Shown here one piece after another: positions 11,591 through 23,392 of a stretch of DNA of 64,000 nt; positions within the stretch are counted from its first letter, which is position 1; the number at the start of each line of letters is the position of its first letter. Under the pieces are notes generated by a model, which worked only from the letters and a program-made list of their open reading frames with translations, had not been told where the DNA came from and did not search any database. The position numbers and the translations under genes were made by a program. The DNA is from Eledone cirrhosa (taxonomy: Eukaryota): NCBI GenBank assembly GCA_964016885.1, contig OZ024755.1:26288001-26352000 (forward strand), given 5' to 3'.

Positions 11591-13004
11591 GATATTATTT
11601 TACAAATATCACAACATTGAAATAATAATTTTAGTAAATCCTTCCAACTTCATTAGAAATACAGTAACAAAAGGGTTAATTTTTTAAAATGTTTTGTTTA
11701 GATTAATATTTTGAAATTAAATTGAAAAAAAAAAATGATATTTATAAGCAACAAAAAGATAACATTTATAAATTGAATTTTTAATTATTTTTTGGCAAAT
11801 TTTGAAATAATACAAAGATTCTGTAAATATTTTAATTTTAATTATTGCTAATTAGTATATCCTCGTTATCAAAAGTTTGGTATTGTTTTTTTTTCTTTTC
11901 CATATTTGTTTGGGTGGATTGAACAGGTCTTCTCTACCATTTCTACCCATGTCTTGGCTTTCCTCTACTACATTTTCCTTCCACATGAATCTAAGGAGGC
12001 CATTATAATCTCAACAAGATTTAAGGGTCCACTCTACATTACACTAACTCCATTTGATTGTCAAGCTTTTTACGTAGTGTGAAGGCTACATTTTATTGTG
12101 GTATCGGCTCTAGAGTAGTTAAGTCCTCAATGGAACAAAAAGGGTCCTCTTGATTTTTTTTTTAACGTTTAACACAGAATACCTCTACCTTATCTTCCAT
12201 CCATCTGTGTCTTTCCTTTGTAAGGTTCCCCTTCCTGAGAGCAATTTTCCCCGTGTCACCCAAATCTTCTCTGGCCCATCTTTATCACATTAGCCCCTTC
12301 CACTTGGATCCAGATATGTTTTTAGTCCACACCAAGACTAAATGGTTTTTTATTCTATGCTGTTTCCATTTGATATCTAACCACTTTGCAGAGTGTACTG
12401 GGAGCATTTTATTGAGGCACCATCACTGGTGAGGTTGCTATGTCTTTGACTTAACTGAACAGTTCTTTGTTTCAAATGGTTTCTACTACAGATGCCCTTC
12501 TTAACTCATTTTAAAGGTTTACAATTTAAATTAAAATCTTCCAACATAATTTTATATAAGAACCTTACATTAAGTTACTATCTTAGTCATGAAATAATTA
12601 ATAATTTTAGTAAATTCCTCAAAATTCTTCATTAATTAATTGAAATAGTGTGTATTCCATAGAAAAATGGTCACGAAAGGGTTAAGTAAGTAAATCAGTA
12701 CATATATTTTAATTAGCAGTATTTTAAAGATAATTAAAATTCACCGACTCTATGTATTATTGTGATTGTTATTACTAATTAAGGGAAATGATTAAAAAGT
12801 ATTTATGAAACAACAAAATATTTTTGTTGGTTCAAATAATTTTATCATTTCTCCTGTTGAAATATTTCATAAGTGCAGGTATGATCTTGTATAAGGGTTA
12901 CCATTCCTGTGTTTGCTTTTCCATGTTGGCATGGGTTGGATGAGGTTACTTGGGGCAGTTTTCCATAGCCAGATGCCTTTCATACTTTTACGTACCCTTT
13001 TCCA

Positions 13005-13205
13005 TGAGTGGTTAGAGAATTGGATTCGCAATCGTAAGGTTGTGAGTTCGATTCCTGGACCAGGTGATGCGTTATGTCCTTGAGCAAGACACTTTATTTC
13101 ACGTTGTTCCTTCTACCTGGAGTTGCGACCGATAGATAGTATTAGCAATTGGAAAGACCAACGGAAACATTGTTCCCTCGGTCCGATTTGACGAAAGTTG
13201 ATCGT
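13005..13205 (+). mobile_element. tRNA-derived SINE family B
   Basis: GAGTGGTTAG, B box GAGTTCGATTCC, CORE/V-like GTCCTTGAGCAAGACACTT; near-identical to 24512-24730. Confidence 0.88.
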
Positions 13206-13396
13206 TCCCCCCTAAAAATATATATATATATATACCATTCTTATATATATATACGATTCTTTGCTTAAACTTTAATCTGTTATTTTAATAAATATTTGCT
13301 CTACGGTTCTTATATATCTGATATATATTTATCCTTATCGAGCCCTCTTTGGATTTTAGTCTTCAAATTTATTATTATTACTATATATATATATAT

Positions 13397-14155
13397 ATAA
13401 ATACAATATCGGAGAAAGCTTTTTAGCGATACTCCGGCCAAATTCCAACTCACTCAACAAACATTAGGAAATAAGTGATTATATTCCCAATCATGTATTC
13501 GGGGTGCTAACTAAAAGTATTGCGTGGAAAATTGGCTGTATTATTTCAAATGAGACATATCTAATATATCTCTTCCCAGACGGACGTCTTGTTTCATTAT
13601 AGGGTTCCTACAATTTGGGTGAAATTATACCAATTTATGTAGGAGCTTGTATACCATCAATAGATATATATTCAAGTGGGCTCCTATAATTCATCAGTGG
13701 GTGCCCCAATAAAATTAATATTGATAATCTAACCGACATCAGCATTTAGAGATAATCACTTTCTGTGCCTGAGGTATCTGTCAGGTTGCCAGTCCAGCAG
13801 GTCTGAAAGAAGTGCTCGAACTGATTCAAAAAATGAGGAAGTGAATTACCGCCAAAAAAAAACAATACATGCGCGTGACAATGAACTCTGAAAGGAAATT
13901 CAGGCCACGTGCTAAGAACTCAATTGGAAATTGAAAAAATATCTGTGTGTACAACATTTGATGACACACACAGATATTTTCTCGGGCAAAATAACAGAAT
14001 GAAATATAAGGAACAATCAATATTCATATATAAAAAATAAACAAAGAAATGCTAACCTTATACCGGGAATTTTTTCAAATCTGCTGCGCCAAGAGTAAGT
14101 AAATAAATACAATATCGGAGAAAGCTTTTTAGCGATACTCCGGCCAAATTCCAAC

Positions 14156-14156
<1 letters not shown>
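13397..14156 (-). mobile_element. Retrozyme-like non-autonomous element: 706-bp monomer plus 54-bp terminal redundancy, one hammerhead
   Basis: Identical direct repeats at 13397-13450 and 14103-14156; internal HHR; no recognisable ORF; (TA)n on both flanks. Confidence 0.82.
13575..13701 (-). ncRNA. Type I hammerhead ribozyme (GUC site), intact core
   Basis: Minus strand: CCCA-CTGATGA-ATTATAGG[...]CCTATAAT-GAAA-C AAGACGTCC G-TC^TGGG; stem-loop II is ~95 nt. Confidence 0.88.
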
Positions 14157-14199
<43 letters not shown>

Positions 14200-14201
<2 letters not shown>

Positions 14202-14870
14202 ATGTCCCTCAAAGAGGCACAGGAATTGATGAACCACTTTTCACTTGTCTGTAAGACTTTTGGTCTAACAATAAGCATCAAGAAGACTGAGGTAGTACAT
14301 TAACCAAAGCCACCCCTCAGGCATGTAGGAGGCATTAAACAGGTGCAACCAGATCAAGGGCATCTTCTTGCACCCATCACTATTGATGGCAAGGACCTGA
14401 AGTATGTGAGCTCCTTTAGCAGCAGGGTGAACCACTCTGCATCCCTGGATGATGAGATTGTTAATTGCATCTCCAAGGCAACTGATGCTTTTGGCAGACT
14501 ACATCACTGCCGGTGGAGTGTCAGAGGTATGTCCCTGAAAGCAAAAGTTGCAGTTTATTGTGCAGTGGTATTGACAACACTCTTATATAGCTCAGTCATA
14601 GACACTTTACTACGTTTGAAGACATGACTGCCAACCATAAAAAATGGAGAACTGTCTGTCATGAAGGTATAAAGAACTTTGAGAAATCTTGTTTAACCCA
14701 CCTCCATGAGATAAGATCTGATAGCAAAGTCCGGTCAAGCATTCCAGCCTGCTCTGATCAAGAACCTGTCACCTGCACTGAATTGAGGTGTCATTTAAGG
14801 CAGAAACATAAAACAATGAACTGAAAAGACTGTTGAACTCTCATATGTCGAATCAGTGGGGGAGTCTATC
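14200..14870 (+). mobile_element. Degenerate internally deleted RTE (BovB-like) LINE 3' part
   Basis: FGLTISIKKTEV...SLDDEIVNCISKATDAFGRL...KVAVYCAVVLTTLLYS...WRTVCHEG. Confidence 0.85.
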
Positions 14871-14883
14871 ATATATACACACG

Positions 14884-15145
14884 CATCATTATCATCATCA
14901 GCGTTTTAATGTCTACTTTCCCTGCTTGCAAGGGTTGGACAGGTCTACATAGACGAAGTCAGAACTGAAGCAGGGCTATGATCTCTCAGACTGGCCAGAG
15001 ATCTGAGTCTCGCTTATGTATGGTCTCATGTTCTACTGAGTGCAAAAGAGAGGTTGTCATGTCTTTAGCACAACTGAGGGTCCTTCCAACCCTTTGTTTG
15101 GCAAGCTTTTTAAGACTGGATGCCCTTCCTATCACCAACAATTTT
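14884..15145 (-). mobile_element. Diverged RTE-tail/SINE copy
   Basis: CATCATCAGCGTTTTAATGTC...CTGGATGCCCTTCCTATCACCAAC. Confidence 0.7.
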
Positions 15146-15537
15146 ACATGCTGGTTTAAATTGCCATATTTCTCTTCAGTATATATATATGCTATTCTAG
15201 AAGGTATTTACCCAAGGGGTTCCAGCCACACAGTAATGGGTTAAAACCATAAACCTCATGGTAATAAAGTGAACACCATAACCATTTAACCCTTAATCAT
15301 ACAGCCATGCCTACACTTTTGAATAAAATGTTTTAGTAAAATCTGGAAATCCAGCCTAGATATGGTATGTATATATTCTTTTGACACCATCATGAGGAAG
15401 AGGATGACAACACAACACCCTGATCAGGGGTTTCCAATCCCCTTGATCACCTTGCAAGTAAGTGGGCCATTTATCATATTATTTTGAAAGAAATGGGTCC
15501 TTGTAGTCCCATTTTCTTTCCACTGTTGTATTGTACC

Positions 15538-15730
15538 GTATATGATTGGTTAATCCTACTTTCTTTTCCGCATCGCGTCATATTTGATAGGTTGATCCTA
15601 CTTTCACCTCTACATCGCGTCATATTTGATTGGTCAACCGTACTTTCACTTTCGCATCGCGTCATATATCATTGGTCAATTGTATTTTGACTCATATTGT
15701 CATATCTGATTGATAAATATTTTCTTTCAC
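15538..15730. repeat. Diverged 42-bp minisatellite, ~4.5 copies
   Basis: Unit approximately ATATTTGATTGGTCAACCGTACTTTCACTTTCGCATCGCGTC. Confidence 0.85.
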
Positions 15731-15784
15731 TTTTTGCAACAAATTGTAATTTTGTGATGAATATTTGGGGTGGTTAATTTTGCA

Positions 15785-16250
15785 TTAAATTGCAAGCCAT
15801 GTACAGAGGAGCTGTCAGTAATGTGAGAGTACGAAGTGAGATTAATGAGGAATTCAAGGTACAGGTAGGAGTTCATCAAGTTTTGGTTCTTAGCCCACTG
15901 CTGTTCATCATAGTTCTCTAGGCCATACCAGAGAAGTTTAAAGCTGGCTGTCCAAGGGAACTTCTCTATGCAGATGGTCTGGTCCTTATAGCTGAATCTA
16001 TACAAGAACTAGAGAATAAGTGCTGACTATGGAAATGGAATTTGGAATCAAAAGGTCTGAGAGTAAACAACCAAAACTAAATTGCTGGTTAGTAGGAAAG
16101 AAAATAGGACTCTGATTTCATCAAGGAAGTGGCCCTGATCAATATATAGAAAATGAGTAGGCATAAACTCCATAGAATATACACAATGTAAATCTTGGGT
16201 ACACAAGAGATGTAGTGGGATAACAAGTAGACTAACAGGAAAGGGGTAAT
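15785..16250 (+). mobile_element. Degenerate RT+PHD segment of the PHD-bearing RTE family
   Basis: QAMYRGAVSNVRV...VGVHQVLVLSPLLFII...ELLYADGL...KWP*S...CKSWVHKRCSGI aligns to the 982-aa ORF. Confidence 0.9.
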
Positions 16251-16256
16251 CACATT

Positions 16257-16855
16257 TTATTTCTGGAACCCCACACTGGATGATCGTGATGAATACCTCG
16301 TGGGCCTGCCATTGACCTCGTTTGCGGTGTGGAGCTGGATGGTGTCGTTTTGAGCCGAGTCCAGCATTGAGTTGTTGACACAGATCTTTTGTTGAATGTT
16401 GTAGCTCCAGAGGACTCGGTCCTGTGTCATCCCCATTGGGAGATTTAGTTGAGTCAGGTCCGCCCTAATCCTTTCATACCACATCTTCCCGGGTCTTCCT
16501 CTCTTGGTGCTTCCTGAAACTTTTAAGGCCCTGCACTCCTTTAAGCAGCTGTCTTCCTCCATGTGGATCATATGACCATATCACTGCAGTCTTCTCTCTT
16601 GCATACAACGTTTGATCCCTCTTATGCCCAGTTTCGTCCTTAATACATTTACACTTTGCCGTTGATGAACACTTCTGTTATACATTCATCTGATCATATA
16701 AGCTTTCTTTCTTTCCAGTCTCCATAGGTCCTTGGCATGCAGAGCTCATGTTTTGCTACCATGTAGCGTTGCTGAGTGCACACAAGCATCGTACAACTTG
16801 CCTTTCATCTTGAATGAGAGAGCTTTTGTAGTTCCAACCCGTTCTTACTCTCGCA
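16257..16855 (-). mobile_element. C-terminal segment of the same RTE family, inverted relative to the RT segment
   Basis: ARVRTGW...KMKGKLYDACV...LHGSKT...GRPGKMWYERIRADL. Confidence 0.9.
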
Positions 16856-17519
16856 AAGTGTTGGTTTATATTTCTTGTCAGTCTCTATCTTATGTTGATT
16901 AAGTATTCTTGAATTAAATCATCTTGCAGCCTTTCTTTTATTTTAGATGTCATTCATGGCTATTCAGAAATCACAATAATGTAATGATCATGGTATGTGT
17001 GTGTTGCACAAACAACTCTTGTTTGTCCTTGTTATAAAGTCAGTTATATTTAAGAAAAGAAATATAACCTAGAGACTATTATTGTTCATACCCACTCACA
17101 TTTATTTTTATCATTCCCTACTTTATTACCACACTGACAAAGAATTCAAAATTTAAGTATATAAGAAGCCTCTTGAGAATTTAATTAATAACTGCAGTAA
17201 ATACCCTGTTTTGTGGGGCATTTAGGAATGAATCTAATTTCTATAAGAAATATTTTGTATATGATTTCTTTTATTTTTGTTTTTATTTTCTTGAATTATA
17301 CCAAGTAATAGAAAAAAAACCCATCAACGAATATCATATATTTGACTTCTTAAAAGCCTCATGGGAAGTTACAACCTATTGTTAGAGCTTTTGAGTCAGT
17401 TGAAAAACTACAAGTATCTTTCTCTTTTCTCTTTCAACTTAGTACATATAATGTTTGATATCACTTTGTTGACTTTCATTTATAATTAGATTCATGTAGT
17501 TAACATTTCAATTGAAGTG

Positions 17520-17864
17520 TACGAGTGTAGGCTGAAAAGCTCATAGGCTGACTATGAAGGAATGATGCTGGAGCTGTGAAATCTTGCATGCATTAATTTC
17601 AACTCTTCTTATTAATAGCTGCATTATTTCTTTCCAGGGACTATGTTGAAAAATAAACCTCATTTGGTCATTCCATGAGAGTATCTTGGTCAGCCTATGA
17701 AGGTGTGATGCTAGAATTGTGAAATCTTGCTTCCATTAATGTCAAATCTTCTTATTAATAACTGCATTGTTTCTTTCCAGGGACTATGTTGAAAAACAAA
17801 CCTCATTTGGTCATTTCAAGAGAGTATCTTGGTCAGCCTATGAACTTTTTAGCTGACCCTTGTA
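17520..17864. mobile_element. Mariner-like MITE with internal ~143-bp duplication
   Basis: TA-CGAGTGTAGGCTGAAAAGCTCATAGGCTGAC ... GTCAGCCTATGAACTTTTTAGCTGACCCTTG-TA (TIRs, TA TSD). Confidence 0.85.
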
Positions 17865-18381
17865 GTATCTTGGTATGCTAAACATTAGTGTATATAGTAT
17901 TTATATATAGAGTTTTATCTATCCTGACTAATAATCTTGTAGAGATAAAAACAACACTGTTTAAAAACAAACAAAATAAATTTAGGTCCATAATTTGAAA
18001 ACGTACTATTGGTATATACTGAGTAGTATAACTATACTTTATTAAGAGACAAAAGACATAGCTGAAATAGAATCTCATATATCAGCTAGATTTCCCCCAA
18101 TATTCTTTTATGTACCCCCCCCCCCCCCTGCATACACACACACATACATATATATTTACATATACAAATGGATTTATATCAATATACAAAATATCAACTC
18201 ACTGCACCATAACAACTCATTGTAAATTTGGCACAAAAATACCAAAACACAGAGCGCACTTATAACAGATAATGTTATGGACACAATATTTTTAATATCT
18301 TCCAAATAAATAACATAGAACCAAGCATAATATTTAAAATATTACTAACATTATACTAGCAATGTACAGTTTTAATACAGT

Positions 18382-18462
18382 CCTATACTACATTGTATCG
18401 GGTCTTGAGAAAATAGAACAATTATAATTTGTAATGTAAAGAAGCCGACCCTCATCAGTAGG
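18382..18462 (-). ncRNA. Type I hammerhead ribozyme with one core substitution (GAAA>GATA)
   Basis: Minus strand: CCTA-CTGATGA-GGGTC[...]GACCC-GATA-C AATGTA G-TA^TAGG. Confidence 0.72.
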
Positions 18463-18811
18463 CCATCTTATTAATTAGACAAGATATTAACTGTCCACAA
18501 TTAAGTTTGAGACGAGACAAAACTCACATGTTGTTATGGCATCTGTGACAATAGCTGTGATAGTCATTCCACCACATAATACAATACTTCTGCTATTGTA
18601 TACAAACACAAACACTTGTGTTTTTCGACATTTTCTTTCGTAAACATGCATTCTTAGCAAAATTTGTTTTCAACAGTTTCTTATAAACTAGTATTAGCGC
18701 TTGAAGAAAGGTCACTATTTTGATGCCTCTTGTTTTCTAGAAGTATGGTCAAGTTAGGACCTTGAACCCTTGGGTAATGCTTTGTTTCCGTATATGAACA
18801 TAACTAAATAA

Positions 18812-19073
18812 ATAATTGTTTCTATTTTTGGCACAAGGCCAGCAATTACCCAGTACATTACTGGTACTTTATTACTAAATAAATAATATAATTGTTTCTA
18901 CGTTAGGCACAAAGCCAGCAAATACTCAGTGCATTACTGGTACTTTATTTTATCGACCCCGTAAGAATGAAAGGCAAAGTTAACCTTGGCGGGATTTGAA
19001 CTCAGAATGGCAAGGGCCGTAACTCTATGCGTCAAAGCATGGCGTCCGACCCTCTACCGATACTGCCAATCCA
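18812..19073 (-). mobile_element. SINE-A with duplicated 3' end
   Basis: Full copy at ~18890-19073 plus a second 3' segment at ~18812-18875. Confidence 0.88.
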
Positions 19074-19087
19074 AATATAATATAATA

Positions 19088-19263
<176 letters not shown>

Positions 19264-19456
19264 CAAAAGTTGACAGCATCTTCAAAGTTTTGCCTGGAGC
19301 AAGCTTCTGAAAGTGACAGTCTGAGAAGTTTCTCTAGGCTTTGATGTCATTGTCACCTCACCAAATAAATCTTTAATTCTTCTACATCAATTGAATTCCA
19401 TTTCAGTTAATATTCTAAGTTTTTATAACATATTTGAGCATATGTTAGTGTGCACA

Positions 19457-19498
<42 letters not shown>

Positions 19499-19529
19499 TA
19501 ACCCCCCCCCCCCCAACACACTTATACGG

Positions 19530-19615
19530 ACACACTTCGTTTGTGTATTTATTTCCCAAGATTCTTGAGTTGAAATTGTGTGTTCAAACCGATATTGTTG
19601 TACTTTGGCAAGGTC
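19530..19615 (-). mobile_element. Fragment of the Penelope-like family ORF start/3' extension
   Basis: Reads [22 protein letters not shown], homologous to [22 protein letters not shown] at 54636-54718(-). Confidence 0.7.
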
Positions 19616-19674
19616 AATCAAAAACATACCTATTGATTTACTTTACTTCAACTTTATCCTTAACCAGCCAGAAG

Positions 19675-20245
19675 GATGTTGGATTGGCAGAATCGTTAGA
19701 ACATCGGAAAAATGATTAGCATTATTTGTTACAGTGAATTGGTAGATTGGTAGAACATCAGACACCATGCTTTACAGCATAGTTACGGTCCTTTACGTTC
19801 TGAGTTCAAATCCCGCCAAGGTTAACTTTGTCTTTCATCCTTAAGGGGTCGATAAAGTAAAACACCAGTAACGGACCGGGGTCGATTTAATCGACTTTCC
19901 CCTCACCCCAAATTGCTGGCCTTGTGCCTATACTAGAAATCATTATTTGTTACAGTGAATTGGTAGTATCGGTAGAGCGTCAGACACCATGCTTTACAGC
20001 ATATAGTTACGGCCCTTTACGTTCTGAGTTCAAATCCCGCCGAGGTTAACTTTACCTTTCATCCTTATGGGGTCGATAAAATAAAGCACCAGTAATGCAC
20101 TGGGGTAATTGCTGGCCTTGTGCCAAAAGTGGAAACAATTATTTGTTATGGTCCTTTACATTCGACAAAATAAACATTAAGGGTGAAGTAATCAACTGTG
20201 CATTTCCCCACAAAAGTTTGCTGGCCATCTGCCTAAATTGTTTAT
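19675..20245 (+). mobile_element. Head-to-tail array of SINE-A copies
   Basis: Two full copies (~19735-19945 and ~19955-20145) sharing the spacer ATTATTTGTTACAGTGAATTGGTAG, plus partial copies. Confidence 0.88.
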
Positions 20246-20379
20246 ATGGTCCCGTAACACCCGAGGGAGTTATAGGGGTGCTGTATTGTCTTATGGCGTT
20301 TCTAGTGCATTTTTAAAACATGGCGGAGTTCATTTTCTCTCCAGGTCTGAATACAGGTGGTCCCTATCATTCCACTGCA

Positions 20380-20548
20380 AAGTGGTCGTGGAGGTGCCAC
20401 GGCAAAAAAGCACCCAGCACTCACTGTAAATGAGGTTGGTGTTAGGAAGGGCATCCAGCTGTAGAAATCAAGCCAGAATCAGTTCCCGTCCCACCCTTGC
20501 AAGCAGGGAAAAGTGGACGTAAAATGAAATGATGATGAAAATGATGAC
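20380..20548 (+). mobile_element. RTE-tail/SINE copy
   Basis: GGTTGGTGTTAGGAAGGGCATCCAGCTGTAGAAA...GGACGTAAAATG...ATGATGA. Confidence 0.8.
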
Positions 20549-20775
20549 ATACACATATATATATACACAAAAAATTGAAGTTCAGCATAATTGAAGCTCT
20601 GGCTGCAGCTATGCTAACGAATACAATCGGAATGTGCAACTAAGCACTCAATAAGGTATTTTACCTTAGAGTAATATCATTATGTTTAGACAGCTTATAT
20701 ATATATATATATAGCGAGAGAGAGAGAAAGTGATATAGAGGAAGAGTTTCTACATTAGAAATCATTATTCATCAA

Positions 20776-20910
20776 TACTTTATTTTATTGACCCCGTGTG
20801 GATGAGAGGTTAACTTTGCCTTTCATCCACACGGGGTCGATAAAATAAAGTACCAGTAATATACTGGTTAATTGATGGCCTTGTGCCAGCCAAAAGTAGA
20901 AACAATTATT
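20776..20910 (+). mobile_element. 5'-truncated SINE-A with fold-back inverted arm
   Basis: Hairpin 20776-20852 formed by the SINE central domain and its reverse complement. Confidence 0.8.
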
Positions 20911-21049
20911 AATCAATGAGATGATATATCCATCAATCATTTGATTAATCGTCTAATTAATTAATTTACACATCAAAGGTCTTTCGTCAAAACCCGTCAC
21001 CTTATCGATGACTATTGCACTTTGCACCTCCTCTTCGTTTAGGGTTTCT

Positions 21050-21322
21050 CCGATGACGATGATGATGATGGAGACGATGATGATGATGCAGTGATGGAGA
21101 CGATGATGATGATGCAGTGATGGAGACGATGATGACGGTGACGATGATGATGATGATAACCAAGGTGATGGTAGTGGTGATGACGGCAATGGCGGCGGTT
21201 GTCGCAGCAGTGGCGAAGATGGTGTATCAGATTAATTATGGTGATGTTCATGATGATGATAGTAGATAGGAGGTGAAGGGATGTTTCACTGGAGATAGTG
21301 ATGCATGTGATGATGGTGATGC
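21050..21322. repeat. Imperfect (GAT)n/(GGT)n trinucleotide tract
   Basis: Direct inspection. Confidence 0.9.
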
Positions 21323-22324
21323 TTATAGGCAAGATAGCTATTTTGGTCTTTTTACTACAAATTTGATAGGTGTAACTTTTTCTTCAAAGCATTTGCTTGT
21401 GACATGTTTGGCTTGGCCATATTTAAATATTGGATTATTTTTGGCTTTTTTCATCTTTTTCTTTCAAACATTTTATCAAAATATATTGTGTTTAAATGTC
21501 ATGACTGTTTTGCAATTCTGCATCAAATCTTGAATTTTTCATAACCAAGATACAACTCTAGTTTTCTGATATTGACTTGCATAAGAATACAGATCTATAA
21601 TTTGAAATATTAAATTCAAATAATATTCTTCAAGTATGTTCAAATGTCAGAAGATTTCTGAACCTAGATGAGTTGTTAGAGAAAATGTTATGATTAACAC
21701 CATATTAAACTGGCAAGAACAAAAACTGGAAAAGGACAAACTGGCTCACAAAAGTGAAAAAAGTTAGATGCACATGTGCAGTGAACCTCCCTTATCGTCC
21801 AAAACACTGTTATCCCAGCAACCAATCCAGCTACATGATGTTCTGCAGAGCGCTCCGTCAGTGGCCTTAGACAAGTAAATGCATGTCTGAGGAGGACAAT
21901 GAGTGAAATATGCATAGACAGTGTAACAATACTCTATGTGAAACGAAAGTGCCAAGTTGTCTCTTAGCAAAAATATTGATAAAATAATTGATATTTTTAC
22001 ATTCCATGTTCTGTAATTTGTACTGTTTATCCTTGATTGATCAAAAGACTTTTATATCTGTAAATTACAGACAAATCAATCCCACTGAGCTTTTTAAAGA
22101 AAGAGTCCCATACGATACGTCCATGTATAACTGTCTTTCTCTATATATAGTGTGGCAGAACACTGGGAGGTTATATCCGTAGTAAGTAGAGCACTCAGTT
22201 CATAGGACGAGTTCGGTATAACCTAACAGATTTTCAACTCGAGTTGAAAATCCCTTAGGTGAAACAATGTTCTCGAAGCAGGTTTGGTAATATGTTGTGG
22301 AACTAACTAACTAATTAACTAACT

Positions 22325-22329
22325 ATATG

Positions 22330-22367
<38 letters not shown>

Positions 22368-22556
22368 TATGTATATATATATATATGTATATATATATAT
22401 GCATATATATATATATGTATATATATATATATGTATATATATGTATATATATATATGTATATATATATATGTATATGTATATATATATATATGTATATGT
22501 ATATATGTCTATGTATATATGTATATATATGTATATATATATATGTATATATATAT
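22325..22556. repeat. Degenerate (TA)n/(TATG)n microsatellite
   Basis: Direct inspection. Confidence 0.95.
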
Positions 22557-22746
22557 ATAGATAATTTAATATATCAACTAACATAAGCGCACAGATGCAC
22601 GCCCATGCCAGCAAATACACAGGTTATGTCATAGTACCTAGGTGGTTCAATGCAGGAGAATGCAGAACAATAATATAAAGGACGTAAAATAAGAAAATAT
22701 TTTTTTAAAAAAATTTAAAAAAAATTTTTTTCTTACTTAAATTTTC

Positions 22747-22829
22747 ACTCCAACTAATTAGTTTCTGCAATGGGATAAAGACAGTTACGTAATTCAACTG
22801 TCGAGAATTCATTGCGTCATCAGGAAGTC
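22747..22829 (-). ncRNA. Type I hammerhead ribozyme, copy 1
   Basis: Reverse complement of 23954-24036. Confidence 0.82.
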
Positions 22830-23309
22830 TATTCTCAGTTAAGTCTCCAGGCAATGCGCGGACACTGGCGGCTCATATAAAAATAATAATAATTCGGTAG
22901 ATCGAACAGCTTGCGAGGACTGGATTCTATGTACCGAAATTCTCACTGCTTCAAGTCAAATGGCCGATTCTAAAGAATCAATCACGTGACACAGAGGCTA
23001 GTTAGAAGGAATGGGATGGTAAGATGACTGACGCCTACTAACACCCCAAAAAAAAATTTTTTTTTTTTAGAAGTGGTTTTGACAAGTTTGCTCGACAAAT
23101 CAGTGATTTGGAGATAAATATAGATAATTTAATATATCAACTAACATAAGCGCACAGATGCACGCCCATGCCAGCAAATACACAGGTTATGTCATAGTAC
23201 CTAGGTGGTTCAATGCAGGAGAATGCAGAACAATAATATAAAGGACGTAAAATAAGAAAATATTTTTTTAAAAAAATTTAAAAAAAATTTTTTTCTTACT
23301 TAAATTTTC

Positions 23310-23392
23310 ACTCCAACTAATTAGTTTCTGCAATGGGATAAAGACAGTTACGTAATTCAACTGTCGAGAATTCATTGCGTCATCAGGAAGTC
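23310..23392 (-). ncRNA. Type I hammerhead ribozyme, copy 2
   Basis: Same sequence as copy 1, offset by 563. Confidence 0.82.

Noticed and set aside
20953-21332. His/Ser/Ile-rich ORFs
   Set aside because: Derived from the (GAT)n trinucleotide tract.
21884-21920. CTGAGGA...GAAATATGCATAGACA as a hammerhead
   Set aside because: Stem II pairs poorly and the stem I register is off by one; possibly a CpG-decayed remnant but unsupported.
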